This document shows, piece after piece, positions 1 to 9,908 of a stretch of DNA of 64,000 nucleotides; the first letter of the stretch is position 1, and the number at the start of each line of letters is the position of its first letter. The position numbers and the translations under genes are program-made. The stretch is taken from NCBI GenBank assembly GCA_030645735.1, contig JAUSNP010000006.1, forward strand, positions 196,095 to 260,094, in the 5' to 3' direction. Under the pieces are notes generated by a model. It was not told the DNA's origin. It did not search any database and was given only the letters and a program-made list of their open reading frames with translations. The DNA comes from Candidatus Moraniibacteriota bacterium. GTDB taxonomy: Bacteria; Patescibacteriota; Minisyncoccia; Moranbacterales; UBA2206.

Positions 1-487
1 TATCTATGTGACCACTACTGGAAATCGGGACATCATCACTGTCTCACATATGGAACAAATGAAAGATGAGGCAATTGTCTGCAACATTGGACATTTTGAC
101 AATGAAATTCAAGTTGAAAAGTTAGAGAAATACAAAGGCATCAAAGAAATAAATATCAAACCGCAAGTGGATAAATTCGTATTTCCAGACGGACATGCAA
201 TTGTACTTCTTTCCCGCGGTCGTTTAGTGAATCTCGGAAACGCAACTGGCCATCCAAGCTTTGTGATGAGTGCTTCTTTCACTAATCAAGTGTTGGCACA
301 AATCAATCTTTGGGAGAAAAAATATGCAATCGGTGTTTATACCTTACCAAAAGAACTAGATGAAGAAGTGGCACGACTACACTTGAAAAACCTTGGCGTG
401 TCTTTGACAAAACTGACCAAGACACAAGCTGATTACATTGATGTCTCTATTGACGGTCCCTACAAACCGGAACGCTATCGCTATTAA
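1..487 (+). CDS. ahcY: S-adenosyl-L-homocysteine hydrolase, C-terminal part (5'-truncated by window edge)
   Basis: In-frame from nt 2: [12 protein letters not shown]...GHFDNEI...[30 protein letters not shown], the conserved SAHH C-terminal NAD-binding/catalytic region; ends with PERYRY stop at 487. Confidence 0.85.
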   Translation, partial: IYVTTTGNRDIITVSHMEQMKDEAIVCNIGHFDNEIQVEKLEKYKGIKEINIKPQVDKFVFPDGHAIVLLSRGRLVNLGNATGHPSFVMSASFTNQVLAQINLWEKKYAIGVYTLPKELDEEVARLHLKNLGVSLTKLTKTQADYIDVSIDGPYKPERYRY

Positions 488-547
488 AATTACTTTTATA
501 TAAACCGTAGATAAATGGACAAGCTATAGCATACTTTTGGAAGGGTG

Positions 548-556
548 TGCTATAAT
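548..556 (+). promoter_or_regulatory. extended -10 promoter element TGcTATAAT upstream of the SAM riboswitch/metK
   Basis: gtgcTATAAT at 548-556; same TGCTA(T/G)(A/T)AT extended -10 recurs before the SpoIID-like gene (15449-15457) and, on the minus strand, before rfbA-like and the 464-aa secreted protein gene. Confidence 0.5.
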
Positions 557-574
557 TGTATTACCTTACAATTT

Positions 575-735
575 AATAAATATTTATCAAGAGCGATGGT
601 AGAGCACTGGCTCACTGACCCATCCAGCAACCGTCTCGAAATGACTTTCGGGAAAGGGTGCTAATTCCAGCTCGGCTTGCTAGCGCTTTCCGAGAAGAGA
701 TAAATGGTCGATTTTTTATTTTCTCTTTCTCGATG
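575..735 (+). promoter_or_regulatory. SAM-I (S-box) riboswitch in metK leader
   Basis: TTATCAAGAGcgatGGtaGAGcaCTGGCtcactGAcCCatcCaGCAACC...GGTGCTAATTCCAGC...GAGAAGAGATAAA matches S-box consensus (P1 TTTATC/GATAAA 583-588/699-704, GGTGCYAAnTCCnGC box); followed by a GAGAAGAGA/TCTCTTTCTC helix and T-rich tract (expression platform) before metK ATG at 768. Confidence 0.75.
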
Positions 736-767
736 AAGGAGATTTTTTTATTTTTAATGTTAAATTT

Positions 768-1814
768 ATGTTCTACAAACCCAAAACATACACTGTGGAA
801 AGCGTTACTTCTGGTCATCCGGACAAAGTCTGTGATCAAATTTCCGATGCTATCCTGGACGCGTGTCTGAGAGTTGATCCAATGAGTCGCGTGGCGGTGG
901 AAACTTTTGGCGGTCATGGCACGCTACTTATTGGTGGCGAGGTCACAACAACCGCCGATGTTGATTTCGCTAAGATAGCTAGAGATGTATACAAGAAAAT
1001 TGGCTACGATCAAGATTTGGATATTTTGGTGAAAATCGTCAAACAATCACCAGACATTTCCCAAGGCGTGGACACGGGCGGGGCTGGAGATCAAGGCATC
1101 ATGTATGGTTATGCAACCGATGAGACTAAAGAGTTTATGCCCCTAGCGGTGGTGCAAGTTCATGCACTAGCGAAAAAACTGGAAGAACTGCGAAAAAATA
1201 ATCCAGCTTTTTCTTGGATGCGACCAGATGGAAAAACACAAATCAGCGTGCAGGATGGAAAAATATCTTCCGTGCTAGTGAGTTGCCAGCATGCTGAAAA
1301 TATTGACAGCGCGCAAATTCGCAAACAAATCATTGAACATGTCATCACTCCAATTATCGGAGATATCTCTGAAATTGAAATATTTATCAATCCAACTGGC
1401 CGATTCGTGCAAGGCGGTTTTGAAGGAGACACCGGACTCACAGGCAGAAAAATCATGGTGGACACCTATTGCGGTTTAGTGCCACACGGCGGAGGCGCTT
1501 TTTCCGGCAAAGATTCCACGAAAGTTGATCACAGTGCCGCCTACATGGCGCGCTTTGTCGCCAAGCAAATGGTAGCCCAAGGCCACGCCAAAGAATGCCT
1601 AGTCAGCGTGGCTTATGCTATTGGAAAAGCTGAACCGCTTATGGTTGAAGCGCTGAATGAAAAAGGTGAAAGCCTCGCGGAAATTGTCAAAAAGACTTTT
1701 GATTTCCGCCCACAAGCCATCATCAAAACACTTAATCTTCGCTCACCCATCTTTCAAAACACCGCAGCATATGGACATTTTGGGAAAGATGGTTTTCCGT
1801 GGGAGAAAATATAG
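768..1814 (+). CDS. metK: S-adenosylmethionine synthetase (short form, 348 aa)
   Basis: ESVTSGHPDKVCDQISDA, GGAGDQGIMYGYATDET, TGRKIMVDTYCG..GGGAFSGKD motifs of MetK. Confidence 0.9.
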   Translation: MFYKPKTYTVESVTSGHPDKVCDQISDAILDACLRVDPMSRVAVETFGGHGTLLIGGEVTTTADVDFAKIARDVYKKIGYDQDLDILVKIVKQSPDISQGVDTGGAGDQGIMYGYATDETKEFMPLAVVQVHALAKKLEELRKNNPAFSWMRPDGKTQISVQDGKISSVLVSCQHAENIDSAQIRKQIIEHVITPIIGDISEIEIFINPTGRFVQGGFEGDTGLTGRKIMVDTYCGLVPHGGGAFSGKDSTKVDHSAAYMARFVAKQMVAQGHAKECLVSVAYAIGKAEPLMVEALNEKGESLAEIVKKTFDFRPQAIIKTLNLRSPIFQNTAAYGHFGKDGFPWEKI

Positions 1815-1855
1815 ATACGCTACTTTGAATTGTATATCATATAAAAAGATACACT

Positions 1856-1886
1856 AAAAAAAATCGGAGCTTAGCTCCGATTTTTA
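1856..1886. terminator. bidirectional rho-independent terminator (metK / GT4 convergent)
   Basis: A-run, hairpin TCGGAGC-tta-GCTCCGA, T-run. Confidence 0.7.
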
Positions 1887-3029
1887 ATGTTTAATGATGC
1901 TTTTTTCCAACAAATCAATCGAGTTATTCCAATCCCATTTTTTAGTAGTTTCAAGTCCGGTTGTAATCAACTTATTTCGCAAAGATTCGTCAGATATTAA
2001 TCTCTCAATTGCTTTTTTAGCACTTTCAATATCCTCCACTATCAAACAATTTTCACCATCAACAGCATACTCCTCAATGCCAGTTACCCTTCTAATCACA
2101 GCCACGCCTCCGCAGGCCATCATTTCCAGTGGTGGGTAACAAAAACTTTCCACCTTACTCATTTTCAACAAGATATCACAGGAAGAATATATTTTTGGCA
2201 TATCTTGCAAAGAAACATTTTCAAAAAATCTATCATATTTCCAATCTCTTCTAGGCTTTCCATTGTTGCTCACTATCCAAAGTTCACAATCCAAATCCTT
2301 GACCACCGCATAAGCATCATCCATGCCTTTATATGAAATATTGATTCCGCCTTCAATCAAAATCCGAATCTTGTTGGCTTTCGGCTCAATGGCTTCCGTC
2401 TTGTGAAACATATTCAAATCCAGACCATTCGGCACACAATGAGCATCTTGTCCGAATTCTTTTTTCAGCCATTCCTGAAGCCAAGAAACCGCCACCACAT
2501 ATTCCAACGGGAGTTCATATGTTTTTTTTATTTTTTTAGTTAATTCCGCATCTTCTGGAAAAAAACGACTTTCATCTGATTGCACAAAATATAGTTTTCT
2601 TTTTGCTTTGGACATATCCACTGAAAATGCTGTGCTATAGGCGGTCGCAATCAACACATCCGCTTCATCACTCTCCAATATCTCTTGTGTTTGGCTGTAT
2701 GGCAGAATTTCCACTTCTTGATTTGGAAACCAACTCCCATCGTTGCTATTATTGAGCGACAAGATCTTGACATCATATCCTCTTTGCAACAATCCATTTG
2801 CATGTTGAAATACAACCGCAATTCCGCCAGAAATTTTCACCCCCGGAACCAAATAAAAAATCTTTTGCTCTTTTGCATTTTTTTCTATAAAACTGGCCGT
2901 TGTCTTTCTATCTGCATTAAACTTTTCCCATCTGGCATACTCTCCGTCAAAAAAGAAACGAGTCTTGATCGTTTTGTCATTCAAGCACAAATAGCTCTTT
3001 TTCAAAAATAACCTTATTTTTTGATTCAT
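1884..3029 (-). CDS. glycosyltransferase family 1 (GT4)
   Basis: C-terminal EX7E region ...ESFCYPPLEMMACGGVAVIRRVTGIEEYAVDGENCLIV typical of GT4 retaining glycosyltransferases. Confidence 0.8.
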   Translation of the reverse strand: MNQKIRLFLKKSYLCLNDKTIKTRFFFDGEYARWEKFNADRKTTASFIEKNAKEQKIFYLVPGVKISGGIAVVFQHANGLLQRGYDVKILSLNNSNDGSWFPNQEVEILPYSQTQEILESDEADVLIATAYSTAFSVDMSKAKRKLYFVQSDESRFFPEDAELTKKIKKTYELPLEYVVAVSWLQEWLKKEFGQDAHCVPNGLDLNMFHKTEAIEPKANKIRILIEGGINISYKGMDDAYAVVKDLDCELWIVSNNGKPRRDWKYDRFFENVSLQDMPKIYSSCDILLKMSKVESFCYPPLEMMACGGVAVIRRVTGIEEYAVDGENCLIVEDIESAKKAIERLISDESLRNKLITTGLETTKKWDWNNSIDLLEKSIIKH

Positions 3030-3035
3030 ACCGAA

Positions 3036-4007
3036 TTAACCTAAATATTTTTTCAAAAATTTTATTGGAGAAAATAACATAAACTGCAATTTAGATTTGA
3101 TTTCATTGTTATCAGAGATATGCCATGCCTTTGAATAATCAATTTCTGATTTATTATTTTTCAACCTATTCTCATTAGCTTTTTTGTTGGCAAATTTCAT
3201 CGCTTCTGTATACGGAGTTTGCTTCAAAAAAAACACCATCTTTTTATAAAAATTTGCCTCATTTCCCTCCAGTCTTCTTTTTGTTTCCATTGGCAATTCC
3301 TGCATCATCTTGATCCATAAAGCGTTACCTTCAACAACAACTTTTGGACTTATACTGGAAGCTTGAGATTTATGAACTCTATATTTGGCCAACACCGCTG
3401 GGAGATGAATGAACTTATATGTTTTCATCATTTCAAACCACTTTGCATAATCCTGAGTACATTTCAATTTCTCATCAAAAAAACCATATTGATCAAAAGC
3501 CTTCTTTGGTATTAGCAATGTGTTGCCATTTATGTGGCCATGAAACAAGGCATACTCGGGTTTGGACATCAGCATCTTATGATCCAATCTCATTGTTTTT
3601 ATTTTCCTTGCATTTTCATCTATGAATTCAAAATCTGAATATAATATAACATTCCTATCTTTCAGGGTTGCTAGAATTTCTATCTGCTTTTCAAGCCTAT
3701 TAGGCAAAAACAAATCATCATGGCTAAGCCACGAAAAATATTCGCCTTTCATTTCTTTGAGAGCTAAATTCAAAGCCGAAGATACTCCACCATTTTCCTT
3801 GGCAAAGTATCTAATTTTATCCCCATAAGATTTAGCGATTTTTTCCGTATCATCAGTTGATCCATCATTAACAATAATAGTCTCAATATTAACATATGTC
3901 TGAGCAGAAACGCTTTCTATGGCTTCCCTTAAATAATTAGCACCATTAAAAACTGGTATAATTATGGAAACTAATGGGTTAAATTTTTGATTATTAGATT
4001 GCAACAT
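3036..4007 (-). CDS. glycosyltransferase family 2
   Basis: N-terminal VSIIIPVFNGANYLREAIESVSAQTY..IVNDGSTDDT GT2/GT-A signature (DXD region). Confidence 0.85.
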   Translation of the reverse strand: MLQSNNQKFNPLVSIIIPVFNGANYLREAIESVSAQTYVNIETIIVNDGSTDDTEKIAKSYGDKIRYFAKENGGVSSALNLALKEMKGEYFSWLSHDDLFLPNRLEKQIEILATLKDRNVILYSDFEFIDENARKIKTMRLDHKMLMSKPEYALFHGHINGNTLLIPKKAFDQYGFFDEKLKCTQDYAKWFEMMKTYKFIHLPAVLAKYRVHKSQASSISPKVVVEGNALWIKMMQELPMETKRRLEGNEANFYKKMVFFLKQTPYTEAMKFANKKANENRLKNNKSEIDYSKAWHISDNNEIKSKLQFMLFSPIKFLKKYLG

Positions 4008-4019
4008 TTTGTAAATATT

Positions 4020-5117
4020 CTAATTTGTAGTTTTATCAATCATCACTATTTTCTTAAATTTAAATCGTAATATATCCGCTATATTTAGAATAAAAGGTGT
4101 TAAAATAAAATACAATTTTACCCGCAACGCTTCCACTGCAAGAGCAACTATCGCAACAAGAAAAATAAAAGATAAATCAATCAAAAAATAATACTTACTA
4201 CCAAAAAATATAGTGTACGGTAAAAATTTTTGCAAAAATGTAATAAAAAATACATGTATAATATATCCGCCATACACTAAGCCACCAATATAATTTATAA
4301 TTTCACTATTAAATTTCAATCTATAGAAAAAAAGAAACAGAAATATTCCCTGAATAACAATAAACAAAGAAGATAATTCCACATAATTAAGCGTGGTCTT
4401 ACTGGAATTGAAAATACAATATACAAATATAGATATAGGTATAATCATATAACCCAATAAAAAAAATTGTTTTTTAACCTTAATTTCATATTTACCAAAA
4501 TAAGCGCCTACAACATAAATCGCAATAAAAAGAAAAATGCGAGAACTTACTCCCAATAATCCAGTAAATAAGTGCTTATCAAGAAACAACGATGTTGTAG
4601 GATTAATTGTGGAAACAAATAATAGCAAAAGGAATAAATACAAATGCTGCTTCCTTGAACAGTACAATAAGAGCTTATTTATGTAAGGAATGAATAATGC
4701 TAAAATAACCAAGACCACGATGTACCATAAGTGATAAAAAGCACCTACCAAAGAGATGACATCACCAAAGACAAAAATAATTTTTTTAAAAATATCTCCA
4801 TGTATCGGAAGAATGGTCGAATAATCAAACAAAAACAATGCTGGTGCATATATTAAAAAAGGTGCTCCTAATTTCTTAAAATATTTTTTAATATTAAATT
4901 CTTTATTCACCATCAAAAAACCCGATATTAAAATGAAACCAATAACAGCAGGAGCGACAGAAATCCTCATTAGTGATGCATAATACCATGGAAATGAATT
5001 CTGTTGCATGCCACCACTTTTAAGAACGAGCCCCATAGTTGTTACATGTATTGAAATAACCATCAAGAATAACACTATTCTGAATAATTCGATATTGGAT
5101 TTAATTTTTATCATCAA
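4020..5117 (-). CDS. polytopic membrane protein, probable acyltransferase-3 (O-acetyltransferase) family
   Basis: ~10 predicted TM helices; N-term IELFRIVLFLMVISIHV resembles acyltransferase_3 start; sits among glycan genes. Confidence 0.45.
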   Translation of the reverse strand: MMIKIKSNIELFRIVLFLMVISIHVTTMGLVLKSGGMQQNSFPWYYASLMRISVAPAVIGFILISGFLMVNKEFNIKKYFKKLGAPFLIYAPALFLFDYSTILPIHGDIFKKIIFVFGDVISLVGAFYHLWYIVVLVILALFIPYINKLLLYCSRKQHLYLFLLLLFVSTINPTTSLFLDKHLFTGLLGVSSRIFLFIAIYVVGAYFGKYEIKVKKQFFLLGYMIIPISIFVYCIFNSSKTTLNYVELSSLFIVIQGIFLFLFFYRLKFNSEIINYIGGLVYGGYIIHVFFITFLQKFLPYTIFFGSKYYFLIDLSFIFLVAIVALAVEALRVKLYFILTPFILNIADILRFKFKKIVMIDKTTN

Positions 5118-5155
5118 CTTAAATTTAAATAAATATAACTAATTGACTAGAAAAT

Positions 5156-7606
5156 TTATTTCATTCCTATTTTCTTAAGATACTTTTTTATTTTATTGCC
5201 ATAACGAACTGCCCTGCAACTTGCTAATCTATCGTAAGTCATTTGCACATGCTGATACTGTAACTGCAACTGTTTTTTCTCATCTTGCAAATTATTGTTT
5301 TCTTTTTGCAATTGCGCTTTCTCAGATTGCAATACTATATTATCAGGACTATGCAATTTGCTTAAAATCAATTCTCGCTCTAAAAGTTCCACCTTATTGC
5401 AATCAGGCTTAGTTATTTTTAAACTATTGATTAAAAATTTTAGAGACTTTTCTTTTTCAATATCCAAGATTTTATGCACCATATTATAATCAATCAATTC
5501 TTTATAAATATCCAAATTTGTAATATCATCTATGCTTTTTAGAAACCTATTTTTAATATTTAAGGTAGTCAGTAAACTTTCAAGTCTATTATTTCCAGCA
5601 TAATCTCTAGCAATAACAATAAATTGCTTTTTGAATATGATTGCAAATATTACGCAATGATAGGAATCGGTTATGACAAATTCGCTATTCTTAATATAGT
5701 TCAACCAATGGGAAACACTATGATATACAAATCTTTTTTTACCAAATATTTCTTTTTCTATGCCTCTAATGTTCAAGAGGTTGCCATTCATTTTTTCAAT
5801 AACATTGGTCACGAATGGATTTATTTTTATAGCCTCTTCCAATTTTTCATCTAAGCTAAAATATGCTATATATTTTTCGGTGTGCTCCTCGATAATATCA
5901 TCATTTATTATTTCCTGATATCCACTCTCGTCTATTAGAAAAGTTGGATCTAACACGCATTGCGCATCAAAACCAAAAATATTTTTGCAAATATCAACAC
6001 CTTCTTTTTCACGTACAGATATCGCTGAAAAATTCGTTAGTGCATCCTTAACTTTTTTTATCTCATCAATTGTTCCTTTCCAATGGGTCTCAGCAAAGCT
6101 GGGTGCATAGGAAAAGATATTTTTTGAAGGAAAGACAAAATTTAAAAAATATTTTCCAATATCATTCTTAAATACATTACTTAGATAATTATAATTCCAG
6201 ACTTGATCACTGCCGACTACAAAAGTATCAAATTGCTCGTTCAATTTAACCAAATCATTATCGGTCTTGCATACATGTGTCGTTTTGATAAAATTTTCTC
6301 TAAATTTATAAAATCCTATCGCGCATAATTTATCCTCCTTGCTTTCAGGAATTTCAGAAATATAATTAATTATTTTTGCAGTATAGCCAAGATTTTCAAT
6401 ACTTTTCCACAATGCAAATGCCTGCAATGTTGCACCAAAATTACGGCTAGGGAGTCGCATATTGAAAATTCCCACGCAATTTTTCACTTTATCACCTTCA
6501 TTATTCAGATGCTTGGATATCAAATCTCCAATATTACCATCATGCATCAATAATTCTTCAAAAAATTCTTCTCTCTTGGGATGTTTATCGCATGGCAGAC
6601 TCAATGCAAGATTCCCCTGATGAGCTATAGCAAGAGGAACCTTCTCTGCGATTATTTTAGTTTTTATTTCATTAAAAACAGATTCCCCTTTTGCGCTATT
6701 TACTAAAATCAATGAGGTGCCTTTATCATCATCCAATTCATTCTTATAACTACCTATGGCCCAAAAATCCCCCAATGTTATATCTGATTGCCTCGGAAGT
6801 GTCGCAAATGGACAATTGGTACATAGAGGTTTAAGATATAAATTCCCCAAAAATCCTCTTCCAAAGACATCACCATTATTCATTATTTCTTTATGGATTG
6901 TATTATTATTTTCATCATTCATTGAAAAACTGTATGTTTTCCATCCCGTTGATTTGTCTCGAAATTCTATTTTTCTAACCCTTTCGCCAGTTAACTTCTC
7001 AACATCTTTCATATATTTATCAAAAACCAATGGCGAAGGAGTGCCATGACACATCACATCAACAGTGACCAATTTCTCATAATCTTCCTGCAAAAAAGCA
7101 CAAAGTCCAGCAACCTGGCATGGGGTTCCCACAAACAAAACCCAGTTATCCTCTTGGAGCAGTTTTTTGATGTCCAAAAATATGTCGCCAATTTCACTTT
7201 GTAGATACTTTGAGCCTCGCAATTTAGGCAAATCATTCTCGTCAGCTATTATTACATGTCTCAGTTTGTTATCAGCATCAAATCCAGCTCCACAAACAAA
7301 ACCATTCTTACTGAAAATATATTTCGCGATAATGGAAAATAGACCTCCTGACGAAGAATTTTTCCTAATAAACTCATCCTTACTCCACCCAGCATAGCAG
7401 GCAGGATCTGCACTTTGATTTTTTTTGATGTATTTATTGAGAACAGGGCAGGTTTTTCTGCATAAATTACAACTTGTGCATTTTACTTCATCGATAATAG
7501 GATACAAAAAACCTTCAATGTCTTTCTGCATTGAGATTGCTCCACTTGGACAAACACTATAGCAAGCGCTACATCCAGAACATTTATTTTTTGGAACTAT
7601 TTGCAT
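5156..7606 (-). CDS. fusion protein: 2x[4Fe-4S] ferredoxin + FrhB/FdhB-like (F420 hydrogenase beta-like) domain + polysaccharide pyruvyl transferase-like domain + C-terminal coiled coil
   Basis: N-term CSGCSACYSVCPSGAI...CTSCNLCRKTCPV (two Cx2Cx2Cx3CP); FrhB-like domains are known partners of CsaB/WcaK-type pyruvyl transferases in polysaccharide loci; last ~70 aa heptad-rich (ELLERELILSKL...LQKENNNLQDEKKQLQLQYQHVQ). Confidence 0.55.
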   Translation of the reverse strand: MQIVPKNKCSGCSACYSVCPSGAISMQKDIEGFLYPIIDEVKCTSCNLCRKTCPVLNKYIKKNQSADPACYAGWSKDEFIRKNSSSGGLFSIIAKYIFSKNGFVCGAGFDADNKLRHVIIADENDLPKLRGSKYLQSEIGDIFLDIKKLLQEDNWVLFVGTPCQVAGLCAFLQEDYEKLVTVDVMCHGTPSPLVFDKYMKDVEKLTGERVRKIEFRDKSTGWKTYSFSMNDENNNTIHKEIMNNGDVFGRGFLGNLYLKPLCTNCPFATLPRQSDITLGDFWAIGSYKNELDDDKGTSLILVNSAKGESVFNEIKTKIIAEKVPLAIAHQGNLALSLPCDKHPKREEFFEELLMHDGNIGDLISKHLNNEGDKVKNCVGIFNMRLPSRNFGATLQAFALWKSIENLGYTAKIINYISEIPESKEDKLCAIGFYKFRENFIKTTHVCKTDNDLVKLNEQFDTFVVGSDQVWNYNYLSNVFKNDIGKYFLNFVFPSKNIFSYAPSFAETHWKGTIDEIKKVKDALTNFSAISVREKEGVDICKNIFGFDAQCVLDPTFLIDESGYQEIINDDIIEEHTEKYIAYFSLDEKLEEAIKINPFVTNVIEKMNGNLLNIRGIEKEIFGKKRFVYHSVSHWLNYIKNSEFVITDSYHCVIFAIIFKKQFIVIARDYAGNNRLESLLTTLNIKNRFLKSIDDITNLDIYKELIDYNMVHKILDIEKEKSLKFLINSLKITKPDCNKVELLERELILSKLHSPDNIVLQSEKAQLQKENNNLQDEKKQLQLQYQHVQMTYDRLASCRAVRYGNKIKKYLKKIGMK

Positions 7607-7640
7607 ATTGTAGAAAAAATCATTTACCTCATTTTAAAAT

Positions 7641-9893
7641 TTACATTTTTTTATAAATTTTATAATAAATAATTTTAAATAAATTAAACATTGCTTTTCT
7701 AAAAGTAGTTCTGATTTTTTTAGGAATATGATTTTTATTTCTAAACACCGTGGATACAGGAAGATGAGAACAAATATACAATTCCCACTTTAAATACTCC
7801 CTGCTAAATCCTGATTCAATTGTATTATCGTTGCATATTAACCCCGTGGTTGTATTCTTTTTTAATTGTTGCAAAATCAATTCAGAGCTTTTATCAAGAT
7901 GATGATTTGACATTACTTCACCATAAATACTAATCATTTTTTTCACATAAATATCTTTGGAATAATTCTCCTTCGCAAACTCTAAGGATTTTTTACCTCG
8001 CTCAATAATTTCTTTAGGATTATCAATCAATTTTTGCAACTCTTCTGCAAAATATTTTTCACTAACCGCTAAACCACAACCTGGTGAATTAACAACCTCG
8101 GGTAATGCCGAGCCATCACTTTCTAGTGCCAACACCATCTTGCCACAACTCATAGCCTCAATTGCCATCATGCCAAATGTTTCCTGCCTAGAAGGCATTA
8201 GGAATATGTCACAAGCCTGATATAGTCTTGCCAACAATTTATCATCTTTAATCCAGCCATATTCGATGATATTAAATTTATCCTCAAATCCTTTTAACAA
8301 CCCTTTTTGTCCAACAGTAATTAATGTGATTGTTTTCAAATTTTTTAGTCGCGCTAGGGCGTGCTTTATTATATCTAGACCCTTGTACGAGCCAGCATCA
8401 GCTCTAAACATAATAGTAATTGATTTTTCCTGGATGTTAAATTTTGCTTTTGCTAATTTAATATCTACAGCATCAAACAATTTTTGATTAACACCAAATG
8501 GCAGTAAATAAGCCTTTTTTCCTTGCCAAATTGGTGATTGTTCAACTTTATTTTTCATCCAATTTGATGCTACGACAGCCGTAATTTGTGAATTTTGAAT
8601 AGCCTGCTTTTTTAATTCAAAATTTAATGCACTAATATCCTTATCAAGTACAAATGGCTCATTGATATATGAACAGTCCTTGCAATGAACTTGCCATTTT
8701 TTACAATCAAAATGGTGCACGCAATGGCCACCCAAAAAAAATGGATCATGCAATGATAAAATAGTAGGTTTTAATTTAGTCATAATCGGCAAATAATTCA
8801 AGTCTATAATGTTGTGAATTAGATGCAGATGCACAATATCCGATTCAAAAAATATTCTCTCTTGTATCAAGCCCTTTGTAGCGTCTTTAGTATTGAAATC
8901 ATAAGCATATGTGTTGAAATCATCAGACTCTTTAAATAAAACTAACTGTTTAGAATCTATTGCGTTTTTACGTAAATCCAGATGTAAATCATAGCCATTG
9001 AACTTATTTCCGATTAAATCATAGGAAGAAATTTGTAAATTTTTCACTATTTTTTTCTCTATATATTCTAGGGCTATACTATATTCTGCACACTGAAAGA
9101 AATCACGCATATCATGATAAAAAGTCAACTTATCTGAAGCAAGTAATTTTATATCTTCATCAGTTAAATTATTTATTACTGAGATAAATAACGCGCTGTA
9201 TTCCTCATTACCACGACTCTTACTCCGGATTCCTTGCCTCTTTGAAGAATCGCGAGCCGTAACCAACACTTCAGATATTAATTTGTGAGGAAATTTTAAA
9301 AAGGCTCTATAGAAAAATTCAAAATCTTGAGCAACCAACTGACTTTCATCAAACAAGCCAACCGTATCAAAACACACCTTGGGTATTAGCAACGTGCAAC
9401 CATGAGTTTGATTATAAATAACTGGATGAATATTTGATTTTAATCTTGGAGGATATTTGTCTATATGTTTTGCGTAATCAGTCTGATATATTTTTTTATA
9501 TTTTTCATTTATACCATCAAGATCAGACATTATGATAGTGTCTCTATTTTCCAGCTTACTCAACTCATCAACTTGCCGTGCAATCTTAGTTGGATAATAC
9601 ATATCATCGTGGCTTAACCATGAAAAATAGCTACCCTTCATATTTTTTATCCCAACATTCAATGCTGTCGTAGTTCCACCATTTTCTTTTGAAAAATATC
9701 GCACCTTATCCCCATATGATTTAACTATCTCTTCAGTATTGTCTTTCGAACCATCATTAACAACTATAATTTCAATATTTTTATATGTTTGGGCAAGCGC
9801 ACTGTCAATAGCCTCTCTCACATAGTTTGAACCATTATACACTGGTATAACTATTGATATTAAGGGATTGAAATTAATTGTTACCATAATCAT
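7641..9893 (-). CDS. bifunctional glycosyltransferase, N-terminal GT2 + C-terminal GT4 domains
   Basis: N-term ISIVIPVYNGSNYVREAIDSALAQTY..VVNDGSKDNT (GT2); C-term ...QETFGMMAIEAMSCGKMVLALESDGSALPEVV (GT4 EX7E). Confidence 0.8.
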   Translation of the reverse strand: MIMVTINFNPLISIVIPVYNGSNYVREAIDSALAQTYKNIEIIVVNDGSKDNTEEIVKSYGDKVRYFSKENGGTTTALNVGIKNMKGSYFSWLSHDDMYYPTKIARQVDELSKLENRDTIIMSDLDGINEKYKKIYQTDYAKHIDKYPPRLKSNIHPVIYNQTHGCTLLIPKVCFDTVGLFDESQLVAQDFEFFYRAFLKFPHKLISEVLVTARDSSKRQGIRSKSRGNEEYSALFISVINNLTDEDIKLLASDKLTFYHDMRDFFQCAEYSIALEYIEKKIVKNLQISSYDLIGNKFNGYDLHLDLRKNAIDSKQLVLFKESDDFNTYAYDFNTKDATKGLIQERIFFESDIVHLHLIHNIIDLNYLPIMTKLKPTILSLHDPFFLGGHCVHHFDCKKWQVHCKDCSYINEPFVLDKDISALNFELKKQAIQNSQITAVVASNWMKNKVEQSPIWQGKKAYLLPFGVNQKLFDAVDIKLAKAKFNIQEKSITIMFRADAGSYKGLDIIKHALARLKNLKTITLITVGQKGLLKGFEDKFNIIEYGWIKDDKLLARLYQACDIFLMPSRQETFGMMAIEAMSCGKMVLALESDGSALPEVVNSPGCGLAVSEKYFAEELQKLIDNPKEIIERGKKSLEFAKENYSKDIYVKKMISIYGEVMSNHHLDKSSELILQQLKKNTTTGLICNDNTIESGFSREYLKWELYICSHLPVSTVFRNKNHIPKKIRTTFRKAMFNLFKIIYYKIYKKM

Positions 9894-9908
9894 TGTGTTA
9901 CAAATTAT

